Below are positions 31,944 to 41,903 of a stretch of DNA of 64,000 nucleotides, piece by piece. The notes beneath the pieces were generated by a model that saw only the letters and a list, made by a program, of their open reading frames with translations, had not been told where the DNA came from and did no database searches. The stretch's first letter is position 1; every line of letters starts with the position of its first letter. The stretch comes from Trypanosoma brucei (lineage: Eukaryota): assembly GCA_000002445.1 (NCBI GenBank), contig CP000071.1, positions 2,144,001-2,208,000 of the forward strand, read 5' to 3'. Position numbers and translations under genes: made by a program.

Positions 31944-33790
31944 AGACTCCAAAGGAGAGCGGAGCAAACCTGCACATGAAGACGCGCGGAGAAAGTTCGG
32001 TCGTGGTTCTTGGTTTAAATGACCAGCAGTAGGTTTCACCACGCGAGCCCTTTTTGTTTTCATTTGCTTTTTCTTCCCTCTTTGCTGTTTAGTGAGTTGT
32101 GTTGTCTTTCCTTCGTTGTTTCTATTGTATTTTTTTCCTAGTGACTGTGTAATTGGTTAAGCGGCGCATATTAGCTCATCGTTTGATTTTATTTTGTTAT
32201 TGTTGCTTTTGTTTGTCGACGATAGTTATAATTAATGTGGCCACGTTGCTCACGAATATTTGCATGAGTTTCTACTGTACAAATATGTTTGACTGTGCGT
32301 TTTCTTTGATGTTAGGGCGGTGGACACAAAAGTCGACATTTGCATGCAAGACGCCACTGCTACCACGGCTCTAAGTGCATCTGAGCAGCGAGGTAATGTC
32401 GGGGACACATGTGTGTATGTGTTGAAAGAAGGAGAGAGTGTAACCATCTGACTGAACCTGCGCAATGGGGCGGTTTCGATATGTTGAACAGGGGAAAAAC
32501 TCGGGTGTTGGAAGTGAACTGAGGCCGCGGGAAGCGTAAAGTGTGGAGAAATGTAGGGGAAAAGACTCGGAGAGAAAACAGCGGAAGCGTGTGGGTGGAG
32601 GGGAAAAAATAAGGAAGTAGACCTGTAAGGAGGAGGGGGCGCATTTAGCGTATTTGGAGTACCTTTCGCTCCTCTAAGGTCTCTTCCTCTTTTCTTTTAC
32701 ACCCTTTTCAACACTTTCCGTCCCTTATACCCCCTCAGGCACTTACTTACTTACCTTGGCATTGGCACCTTTTGTTCACTTGTCCTGCTTGTTGGCTAAA
32801 TTCTTGGGCTATGCCCCGTCTCTTCGGTCAGTGGTTTCTCCCCCCCCCCTCCCTCGTGTCTATTTATTTATTTTCGTTCTGATTTTAAAAGTAAGTGAAG
32901 ACAGGCGCAGTCCGGCTGCCATTTTGTTTGTTTTCAACGTTTTTCTTAATTGTATTATTGAGTTGTATTGCACTGTTTTGCCCTTGGTTTGTAAGCAAAA
33001 CAGCAAATGCAGGCGCATACGTGCGCATTGTCACGAAATTCTACGGCACGCATAATTGTCAGTAATGCCATCATTTTTGGGGGGTTTTAATTCCTGTGCT
33101 TTCAATTTTTTTGTGAAAAAAAAGGAGGGACATTTCTCTAAACTCTTTTCACCTTCCCTCTCCGAACACAACGGCAACGCATCGTATGAGGGAATTTCCC
33201 CCTTGCCTACACACTGCAGTAGGGCACATCGTTATATTAGGGGAGGGGAAACCAAACGCAGACAAAGCGTCCGTGAGAAAATGTATTTCTGATCGTAAAT
33301 ACAGAAGGGGGAAATCGATAAGTACATGTTTATATTTACTTATATTTATGAAAGTACTCGAATTATGGAATAAGAGGACTTAAGTGAGAAGGAGAGAACG
33401 ATTACACGCCCTCGCATGTTCCCTTTGCCTTCTTGATCTGCACCTTTCCAGTGATGCCCAGCACCCCCTTTACACGCTACCAGTTTTACATGGAGCTCTA
33501 TAAGTCGTAGGACACAGTATTTTATTCCACTTCCCCGCGCATGTGTATACACGGATGTACATGTATATATTGGTATATATTTAGTTGTTTCATTTATACT
33601 TTGTGGTGGTCTGACGTTTCGTTGTGCCCCCAATTCGCCACCATTAATCTTTTTGTTTTGTTTTTCGTTGTTTTGTTTGTATTTTCATCCATAACTGCAG
33701 CTAGACTGAAACTGCCTACACCCCCTCCCCTTCCCTTTTTTACTCTGGGGTAGCCTGTAACGTGGGCCTTTTCTGATGCTGTTACCGGGG

Positions 33791-33968
33791 TCCTCCCCAG
33801 ACATAAGTGGTGAAGTCCTCGTGCCGCCGTGCTTCCACCCATCTGGAAAATATGTACCTTTTCACTATTATCTCTTCACATAAACATAACAATACAAGGG
33901 ATATTAAACCCACCAAGGTTGCGGGTGTGGGCGCGTGTGTGCCAGAGGTGGAAACTGTGCGGAACAGT
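33791..33968 (+). repeat. Left copy of an about 180-bp direct repeat that flanks the CorA-like gene
   Basis: tcctccccagacataagtggtgaagtcctcgtgccgccgtgcttccacccatctggaaaatatgtaccttttcac...gccagaggtggaaactgtgcggaacagt recurs at 35936-36127 with a few substitutions and a short insertion. The spurious reverse ORFs at both sites start with the same peptide, MGGSTAARGLHHLCLG. Confidence 0.9.
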
Positions 33969-33997
33969 GGGACCACGTGAAACAGTGACGCAACGGG

Positions 33998-35692
33998 ATG
34001 ATACCGAATGGCGGGGAAGCTGCAGGTGCATCACGCGAGCACACGCAGGGGCAGAACGCAGGCAGTTGCGCCCTCAACGTAGGAACAAATGGGAAGTGGG
34101 AGCCTTACGGGTACAATTACAGGGAAAGGGAGCAATCACATTTGAACAGTTCGAGGGGAGCACCGCTGCAGGTACGGGTCGTTGTGCAACTCCCCAACGG
34201 CACCGTGCGCGAGTGGAAAGATTTTGCGCAGTTGCAGGCACTACCCCAAATTCTCCGTGAGGTGTATACCACCACACCAGACCAAGGTCGTAGTTCGGCG
34301 GGATCCCTCTCACCGTTAAAATTCTTCTGGATAGATATGAGCGGCATGCCGCAGCGGGAAGATCTGAGTGCCCTATTCGAGCTCCTTCACGTGTGCAAAC
34401 ATACGGAGCGAAGGTGGCGAGCTATGGCAGCAGCGCCTCCCGGGGTCGGGTTAGGCGGGTTTCCGCTAAATAATGGCACCTGCGAAGAAGGGGCGGAGCG
34501 GTCTCACTATGACGAAGATGATTATTACGACAATGCAACGGAGCTCGACTACTTACGGGCCTTCGTTGCGGAGCAGTATGTTCAGATTAGCCTTACGGTT
34601 CTTGAATCACCAAACGTGACGGTGTATGGATTACCAATGGAAAAGGACACTGAAAGGGAAATGGGCACTGAGAAGCACCAACGGCAGCGAGAGGGCTCGC
34701 GGCCGAACCTTCTCGACGCGTGTGAGTCAGGAACCCTGGCTTCTGTGCAAGTGTTGTGCTTCGTCAATGGAGTCGTCACCTGGCGGCCACAGCCGGCGGT
34801 GGAAGGGTGGGAATACATTCCCCACGGTCTCGAACGTAGACTGAGTAACAGCACCAACATTGGTGATGGCAGAGCAGTTGGTGACGGCAACGAGGGACCG
34901 CGCGGAGCACTAACCACGTCTCTGCTTGTACTCACCATTCTCGACGAACTTTATATGGCTTTCCTTCCAGATACGACAATAGTGCTCAGCGAGGTGGATA
35001 CAATCGACTCTATGTTGCCACTTGTCCGACAGCGAATGTCAGACCAGGCGGACATATTGAGGCGCATTCAAATGTTGCGTCGGAGTTTGTCGGTACATCG
35101 GCGCGTGCTGATGAGCAAGGTTAGTGTGCTTGAGCTCTTGAGCAGACCCACTGTGCGCGTACTCTTACCCTTCATGAATCCAATCACGGACGCCGTCAAT
35201 GAAAAAGAACGGGAGCATTGTCGCGAGCCATTTGACCCCCGCGTGTATCAACCGAGACACCGCCACGGAGAATTGCACTACGACCAGTCTGAAGCAATGG
35301 CAAGGCGCGCCCCTTCATCAGGGCAACAGAGCGACACCTACGCAGATATCGCCTGTCGCATTCTGCACGTCCTTTCTAAGCTCGAGGACGCGCGCAGGAT
35401 TCTCACAAACTCTATCATCATCCACTCCTCGGGTGTTGCGGCGGTGAACAACTACAACAGCAATCAGTCTGATACCCTCAGCATTACGCTGGGCTACGTT
35501 GCTTTGATGTCCCTGCCCCCAACTATCGTAGCTTCGCAATGGGGAATGAACGTTTACGTCCCGTGGGTGGATACGAATTCTACCGTGCCCTTCTGGGGTA
35601 TTGTAGGTGCGGTGACGGCATACGCGGCCCTCGTGCTCTCCTATCCAATATTCTGTTGGATCAGGGGCAGACCGGACAAACTAGTCTTTTAG
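33998..35692 (+). CDS. Putative CorA/MRS2-family (MIT) Mg2+ transporter-like protein
   Basis: A large soluble N-terminal region, then two C-terminal TM helices. TM1 (LSITLGYVALMSLPPTIVASQW) ends in a GMN motif (QWGMNVYVPW). TM2 is FWGIVGAVTAYAALVLSYPIFCWI, with a short basic C-tail. This topology and GMN position are diagnostic of CorA/Mrs2 channels. The rest of the protein is too divergent to confirm by eye. Confidence 0.5.
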   Translation: MIPNGGEAAGASREHTQGQNAGSCALNVGTNGKWEPYGYNYREREQSHLNSSRGAPLQVRVVVQLPNGTVREWKDFAQLQALPQILREVYTTTPDQGRSSAGSLSPLKFFWIDMSGMPQREDLSALFELLHVCKHTERRWRAMAAAPPGVGLGGFPLNNGTCEEGAERSHYDEDDYYDNATELDYLRAFVAEQYVQISLTVLESPNVTVYGLPMEKDTEREMGTEKHQRQREGSRPNLLDACESGTLASVQVLCFVNGVVTWRPQPAVEGWEYIPHGLERRLSNSTNIGDGRAVGDGNEGPRGALTTSLLVLTILDELYMAFLPDTTIVLSEVDTIDSMLPLVRQRMSDQADILRRIQMLRRSLSVHRRVLMSKVSVLELLSRPTVRVLLPFMNPITDAVNEKEREHCREPFDPRVYQPRHRHGELHYDQSEAMARRAPSSGQQSDTYADIACRILHVLSKLEDARRILTNSIIIHSSGVAAVNNYNSNQSDTLSITLGYVALMSLPPTIVASQWGMNVYVPWVDTNSTVPFWGIVGAVTAYAALVLSYPIFCWIRGRPDKLVF

Positions 35693-35935
35693 TATTGGTG
35701 GCACGGCCTCATCTGCAGATAGTTTGCGCGGTGCGTCCGGGAAGAATATCCACGGAGGCTTTGGTCAGCTGTGCATGAAACGCCCAGAAGGCAGCGTTTG
35801 TAGTCGAAGATCCACGTGTGAAGAGAAAGAAAGGTGGAAGTGGCATAACACGGAGAAAGGACCTTCTCTTGCTATTCACCACGCGGCCTGCAGCGGCACT
35901 TGGTGTACAATTGCCCTCCTGCAACGTTCTACACG

Positions 35936-36127
35936 CTCCTCCCAGACATAAGTGGTGAAGTCCTCGTGCCGCCGTGCTTCCACCCATCTGGAAAATATGT
36001 ACCTTTTCACTGTTATCTCTTCACACAAACATACATACATAAACATAACAATACAAGGGATATTAAACCCACCAAAGTTGCGGGTGTAGGCACGTGTGTG
36101 CCAGAGGTGGAAACTGTGCGGAACAGT
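35936..36127 (+). repeat. Right copy of the about 180-bp direct repeat flanking the CorA-like gene (contains an extra acatacatacat insertion)
   Basis: See the left copy at 33791..33968. This copy starts about 244 bp after the stop codon at 35692. Confidence 0.9.
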
Positions 36128-37056
36128 TGTAGCTGACGGAGAGCTTCTTGGGAACGGAGATCATCTGTCCACACGCCTAGACATCGTAACAGGTTGGTAA
36201 AATATACGCAACTACAAACCGTCATATGCTTGCTAACTACATCGCTACTCTGTTTTCTGAAAAGAGCGAGGGGTTGCAGAAGCAATGGTCCATGTAGTCC
36301 CAACACCGCATCAGGTTCAGTTACGTTGATACCCGGTGCTTCCCACCGTTGCGACTTCGCAGAGGGAGCTTGGACATCACGTACCGTGGCAGGGATGCAA
36401 TACCACTGTACGCTACGGTATGGACGCGACGAACGCGCTCCCAGTTTCCTCATATCCACCGTATTTTGGGACGAAAAGCAAAATAAGCAAGTTCGGCAGT
36501 GGTGATTACGTGAATTTGATCTTCGCCACACTGTGATGCTAGCGAATGTTTTCTTTTTATATAAAGACCAGCTGGAAGGACGGTCTTAACTTCATTCTTG
36601 CGAATGATTCCGGTGTCTTGATGTTTGAAGGGAGTAGCTGCGGTAGCGCTCATATGTTTTCATATGTGCGGTCGCACTCCAGGTCAAGGAAACCGTGCCC
36701 TTTTATGGTGATACCTCCCCCTAACCACGAGTAATTGGCCTCTTCTCGTCGTGAGTGTGTACCCCCTTTCTGTCTCAATTTATTTATTCGTTTAAATTTT
36801 GTTTTGTTGTGGCGGGGTATTTTCTGGTGGCTGCGTATTTCCTATTTATTAATGATTTGTAGCCCACTGAACACGAGCACGTTCGTGTCATCGCCTTTTT
36901 GTTTTTTGATGAGTCGCTCACAGACCAAAAAGGTCACCAGTGCGCCACCGGTCCCGAGTCTTTGCACGTAACTCTCCAGTCGTTGCTAACATGGTTACAA
37001 ATGTCACCAACAACACCACGAGGATGTCCTTGTGAGTTGTCCATCTATTTACGTAC

Positions 37057-38691
37057 TTGGCACCTCCTTTTTCTATTTTTGCTGCATTTGCAGAAAAGGA
37101 AGGGGACAACGCTGCGCCATCAGCGCTGATGACATACAATGAGGCGGCGCTGTCAAAGTATCGCGGCCTGCTGGATAGCGGTGAGCCGTTTCGCAGCAGG
37201 ACATGCCGATACTGTTCCAGTGGAAACACGGCGGTAAAGCATATAAACAGCAAAAAGAAACCCAATTCGCCGTGGGACTTTTGGAACGGCATTGCTTGTT
37301 CCCCAACCGCCTCACATGCACGCGCGGAGGGGCGCAAGAGGACGCCAATGTATGTTGTGGGACCAATGGTGGACCAAAGCGAACTGCCATTCCGTCTGCT
37401 CTGTCGGCGTTATGGGGCTACACTGGCATACACCCCAATGTTTCATGCAAAGAGCTTCGCCCAAAGTGCACACTACCGCCAACGCTACTTTTCAACAACA
37501 ACATTTCCTCCACATTCCGCCATGGAATCAGGGGGAAATGTTGCCGCTAACGATAGCACCAGTAACGATGGGGCATTAGATAATGACCATCCGCTGTTCG
37601 CTCAGTTCTGTGGAAATGACCCTGAAACCGTCCTTGCCGCCGCTCGACATGTGGAGGATTACTGCGAGGCCGTTGATTTCAACATCGGTTGCCCGCAAGG
37701 CATCGCCCGCCGTGGCCATTATGGCTCGTTCCTCATGGAGGACTGGGAATTGCTTCACAACATTCTCCATGCGTTAGCAGTTGAGCTTCGCGTCCCTGTA
37801 ACAGCAAAAATGAGAATATTTGACGATGAGGCACTGACACTAAAATACGCTGAGATGCTGCGTGACACGGGAATCTATGTCCTCTGTGTGCATGGCCGGA
37901 CCCGCGAAAACAAGGGACAGCAACAGCAGCCCGCAGACCTACGAATGATACGCCGTGTGCACGAGCATTTGAGGGGTTCTATTCCTATCATTGCAAACGG
38001 CAACGTGCTTACATTCGAGGACGTGCCACGAAACTTAGCCATAACGGGTTGCGAAGGATATATGTGCGCAGAGCCTCTGCTGTGGGATCCGAAGTTGTTT
38101 GCACCGTTAGCTTCAAGTTCGACCGCGGAGTTCGCTCCCAACATAACCGATTCAACCTTATCAACTTCTCCAGCACCGTCCACAGTTCGCAGTGGTCGGC
38201 TCTTTGCGGAGTCCCGGCCGACACGTCTGAAAGCACTGGCCACGGCGTCAGAATACCTGGAGCTAGTTCGTCGTTTCCCTGTGGACATTGGTTTCGTCAA
38301 GGCGCACTTCTTCAAGATGCTGTACCACAGCTATGAAATGCATCCGGCGCATCAACAGTGGCTAGCAAATTTCAGCATTAATGGCAGTAACGTTGGCAAC
38401 GATGTTGTCGAAAACTGTGCGACGAGTCACTGCGGCGAGCAAAGGGAAACGACGGTGGTGGGCCGCGATATCTTCACAGCGGCTCTTGACGCCCTAACCG
38501 ATCATCTTCATTCGCTTCAGAAAGCCGAACTTTCGTTAGAACACGACGGCCCGCAGCCGAAGCGTCAGCGGGAGCTTAAGGTGGGAGAAGAAGGAAAGGA
38601 ACGGCAGCAGCTGAAGAATGGAAGGAGAGTGGACGCTTTAACGGATACCTTTGCGGATGACGAAACGCTTGGCATCGACTTCTTGATGTGA
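37057..38691 (+). CDS. tRNA-dihydrouridine synthase (Dus family; Dus1-like)
   Basis: A Dus/TIM-barrel flavoenzyme. Motifs seen: PMVDQSELPFRLLCRRYGATLAYTPM; the FMN/catalytic region LFAQFCGNDPE...VDFNIGCPQ (catalytic Cys); VPVTAKMRI (conserved Lys); LCVHGRT; PIIANGNV. The N-terminal about 90 aa of the ORF may be leader; MYVVGPM is a possible start. Confidence 0.8.
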   Translation: MAPPFSIFAAFAEKEGDNAAPSALMTYNEAALSKYRGLLDSGEPFRSRTCRYCSSGNTAVKHINSKKKPNSPWDFWNGIACSPTASHARAEGRKRTPMYVVGPMVDQSELPFRLLCRRYGATLAYTPMFHAKSFAQSAHYRQRYFSTTTFPPHSAMESGGNVAANDSTSNDGALDNDHPLFAQFCGNDPETVLAAARHVEDYCEAVDFNIGCPQGIARRGHYGSFLMEDWELLHNILHALAVELRVPVTAKMRIFDDEALTLKYAEMLRDTGIYVLCVHGRTRENKGQQQQPADLRMIRRVHEHLRGSIPIIANGNVLTFEDVPRNLAITGCEGYMCAEPLLWDPKLFAPLASSSTAEFAPNITDSTLSTSPAPSTVRSGRLFAESRPTRLKALATASEYLELVRRFPVDIGFVKAHFFKMLYHSYEMHPAHQQWLANFSINGSNVGNDVVENCATSHCGEQRETTVVGRDIFTAALDALTDHLHSLQKAELSLEHDGPQPKRQRELKVGEEGKERQQLKNGRRVDALTDTFADDETLGIDFLM

Positions 38692-39281
38692 CGTATGGCA
38701 TTGCTTCACAACTTCTCTGACGGCACTTTGAACTGCCCGTGCGTGTAGGTCCATGTACGTTGTTCGTATTTCACTTCATACACGTTGTAATTACTATCGC
38801 GTTGCTTCCCCTCTCTATGTGTTCCTTTTACTGGTGGCAGTGTTGGTAGCAGTTGCACTACAAACTTCAAGGCACAATCTTGAACAACTCCACACAACAC
38901 GACTTAGCAACAACAGCAAAATCAGATAGGCACAACTCTACCAATAAGGTGGAGTAGGGGGAAAGCAGTATAAAAAAGGAATAGTTTTAAGCCGAAATCA
39001 GAAGGTGTCGCGGTTGCCTTGTCACGCGGTCCCACCTTCATTTGCATACACCCAGTAGAAACGGGTTCCACTAGTGCGGTCAAGAAAAAAAGGACCAAGC
39101 GGAGTGTGCGTCGGTAAGGGTCCGCTGATCGGCACACAAAACACGCACACCTTGCATATACGTAAAGAATAAGGAAGAAGAACATATTATAAGCTACTTC
39201 TTTCACGAATATTTATTGCTATTATTGAAGCGAAGCAGGGCATAAAAGAAGGGGGATAAAAAGGTAGAGAGTACGGCGAAA

Positions 39282-41903
39282 ATGGAACATCTGAAAATTT
39301 TTCCGCGTCTCGGGAGAACTCTACTAGTCATCACTGTTTTTCTCATGGCTTTCCCCCCGGGAGTCGCCAAATGTCAAAAGCAACGGTACCAGAAACCTCA
39401 GTTGGAAAAGGTGGGGGAGGGAAATCAAAAGACGCCGAAGGTGCGGAATCGCCTGTCTGGCACTCTGTCATCCGGAGATGTCCGCACCTTCAGTGGAATA
39501 CGATCGGTACTTCACAAGGGTGGCGACGGTATCAAGTATAAGACCCAACGCCGTGATTACACAACAACCAGTAAGCCCACAGGGGCCCAGTTCCTCACGG
39601 CGCAGACAGCCCAACTTGAAGAAGGGACACAGCAGGATAAAGCGAATCAAACCGACATCAATATTCGGGTGTATGATATGAGAAAACAAAAGGAAATTAA
39701 CAAATTTCGTCAGTCGACGGGTGTGTATTTGGTCAATGCAGTCCCAGGCAGCACAAAGTATCTGGAATTTGAAAGCAGCACACGTGACGAGATAAGTGTA
39801 GTCACACAGCTGCTGAGCAACCGCTACGACACGGACGTTCCCGCTGACAACTGCGTGGGTTACTTTGTGAACGTGGAAATACGCAACAGCAGCGAAGTGA
39901 ATCTGACGGCACTTACCACGCCGAAAGACCCTCCGGCAGTAGGTGAAGAAGATAAAAACGGTAGCAGCACGAGTACTCATGGGGGGGAAGGTGAAAACTA
40001 CGAACTGGAGGGAGGTTGGAAATTCCTGTGGAGTGTCATTGCCACAATGCTCGACACGAGCAGCTTTTGTGATTTGCTCCCGAAGGTTATGCTGCGTGTC
40101 GAGCCAGATCCGGAGCCACAATCATACGTAGTTCTATTCCAGTCGCATATCGGGATGGGTTTGGGCTCTCAGCGCAGGGGAAAAGACTGTCTACTTAGGG
40201 TGTTTGTCACGCGAACTCCCAAAGAAAGGGAACGCCGTATGCAAAATACCTTCGCTCTGGGCGTTCCACTCCTCATCCTGTTGCTCATGGCACCAATGAC
40301 CTTCATGCATGCCCACTTGCTGCCAGACTTCATGGCCGACATTGATGTGGTGTTCTGGTTGATATACCCGGCAGTGGCAATGAGGAATGGACTAGCATGC
40401 CTTTTCGTGTACCTTTATCGAGTGTCGCGGGAGGCGTACGTCGCGCGGCGGGAGGAGCGGCGTCAGCGTCAACTTGAGGAGCAGCACCGGCAGATCATGG
40501 AGCAAGAAGCCCTTGTATTGGCAGATGTGACCATGAACAATGTAGACAAAAACAATAAGGGTAGTAGCTCTAACGCCAAGCTGTCCCATCAGCCGCTTGC
40601 TCATATGAGCCAGACACCGCAGGGAGCGGAGGAGGGATTTGATGGGGCAGAAGGCGGGGCACATGCGGAAAAGCATAAAAAACAAGAGGGATGGAATGCT
40701 AACGCTGACCAGAGGAACAGGGAGGGGCCAAGCGGGGCAGCAGTTGCTCAGGTAGAACATGCACCACTGCTCTCCTCCAGGAAGGCATTGACGGCAGAAG
40801 ATGTTGTAGTAATGGACGACATGGTTGACATGGATCTGGACGGCGATGATGAGGCCCACGGTGGCTTGAGGCGACCACTCATAACAGGTCAAAAGAAAGT
40901 GAAGAAAGCTACGGGTAGTGTTGAGGGAGAGTTTGCGGGTTCCACAGTGGGAGAGGGATCGGCACCGGCAACCAGGTCGGAAGAAGCGGACGGCTCCAAC
41001 GATGCTGAACCAGCTGCGGTAGTTGGGCAAGGAAAAGCCGTCTCAACTCGCTCTGCAGTCAGTGGGGGTGCGCCGGCAAAAAGTGATTGTGAGGAGGAGG
41101 ATGACGAGCGCATCTGCCGTATCTGCCGTGACGATGAAACCGACGAAAAACTTATATCCGCATGCGAGTGCATAGGCTCTGTGCGTTGGATCCACGTCTC
41201 CTGCCTCGACAGATGGCGTATTGAAAGCACCAAACGGAATCTTCACAATGTGAACTGCTGCGAGATCTGTAAAAAGCCTTTCCACGTCCCTATAAGCCGC
41301 CACGCACAGATCATGAGGAACTTAAAGAGTGTGAGTCGCGGTCTGCTGCTCGTGTTCAGCATCATATTTACATTTATCACGGCCACTATAGGCCAACGCG
41401 TGACGCTTGGTGAGATGACCTGCCGCACGCCGTGGCACACTGTCTCTTATAGCACCATGTTTGAGATCGACGGAGTTGTCCTCACCGTATTCATGCAGTT
41501 TACGCTGACGATGCTGGCGGTCTATGCGTTCGCACTAGTGAGCGCCCGCTTCCACGCGGACCCCGAAACACTGGAGCATCTTCTGACCTTTCAGACCTTC
41601 CCCCCCTTTTGGACGATGCGAAACACTGGTATGATAGTGTTGATTTTTGCAGGAGGGGTTCTGCAAGCCCTAGCACTTGGTCTCCTAACCAAACTCTTTA
41701 TTTACCGCACGAGCAACATTGTGTGGTCATGGGAGGCGTCGCCCTGCATAGGAGCGGTACTGTTCCTGGGATACGTGGCGATGGGAACATTGGTTTCTGT
41801 CAAAGTCCATTCTTGGGCACAGCGCAGGCGCCTACGGCAGGCACGTCGGGTGCAGGTACGGAACGTAGAAGAACAGGGGGACCAGCAGCGGCAGTTGCCC
41901 TAG
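39282..41903 (+). CDS. RING-CH (RINGv, C4HC3) zinc-finger membrane protein, MARCH-like putative E3 ubiquitin ligase
   Basis: C4HC3 signature CRICRDDETDEKLISACECIGSVRWIHVSCLDRWRI...NCCEICKKPF, followed by several C-terminal TM helices (LLLVFSIIFTFITATI; VVLTVFMQFTLTMLAVYAFALV; IVLIFAGGVLQALALGLL; IGAVLFLGYVAMGTLV). The N-terminal signal/TM MEHLKIFPRLGRTLLVITVFLMAF and further internal TMs suggest a large polytopic protein. Confidence 0.75.
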   Translation: MEHLKIFPRLGRTLLVITVFLMAFPPGVAKCQKQRYQKPQLEKVGEGNQKTPKVRNRLSGTLSSGDVRTFSGIRSVLHKGGDGIKYKTQRRDYTTTSKPTGAQFLTAQTAQLEEGTQQDKANQTDINIRVYDMRKQKEINKFRQSTGVYLVNAVPGSTKYLEFESSTRDEISVVTQLLSNRYDTDVPADNCVGYFVNVEIRNSSEVNLTALTTPKDPPAVGEEDKNGSSTSTHGGEGENYELEGGWKFLWSVIATMLDTSSFCDLLPKVMLRVEPDPEPQSYVVLFQSHIGMGLGSQRRGKDCLLRVFVTRTPKERERRMQNTFALGVPLLILLLMAPMTFMHAHLLPDFMADIDVVFWLIYPAVAMRNGLACLFVYLYRVSREAYVARREERRQRQLEEQHRQIMEQEALVLADVTMNNVDKNNKGSSSNAKLSHQPLAHMSQTPQGAEEGFDGAEGGAHAEKHKKQEGWNANADQRNREGPSGAAVAQVEHAPLLSSRKALTAEDVVVMDDMVDMDLDGDDEAHGGLRRPLITGQKKVKKATGSVEGEFAGSTVGEGSAPATRSEEADGSNDAEPAAVVGQGKAVSTRSAVSGGAPAKSDCEEEDDERICRICRDDETDEKLISACECIGSVRWIHVSCLDRWRIESTKRNLHNVNCCEICKKPFHVPISRHAQIMRNLKSVSRGLLLVFSIIFTFITATIGQRVTLGEMTCRTPWHTVSYSTMFEIDGVVLTVFMQFTLTMLAVYAFALVSARFHADPETLEHLLTFQTFPPFWTMRNTGMIVLIFAGGVLQALALGLLTKLFIYRTSNIVWSWEASPCIGAVLFLGYVAMGTLVSVKVHSWAQRRRLRQARRVQVRNVEEQGDQQRQLP

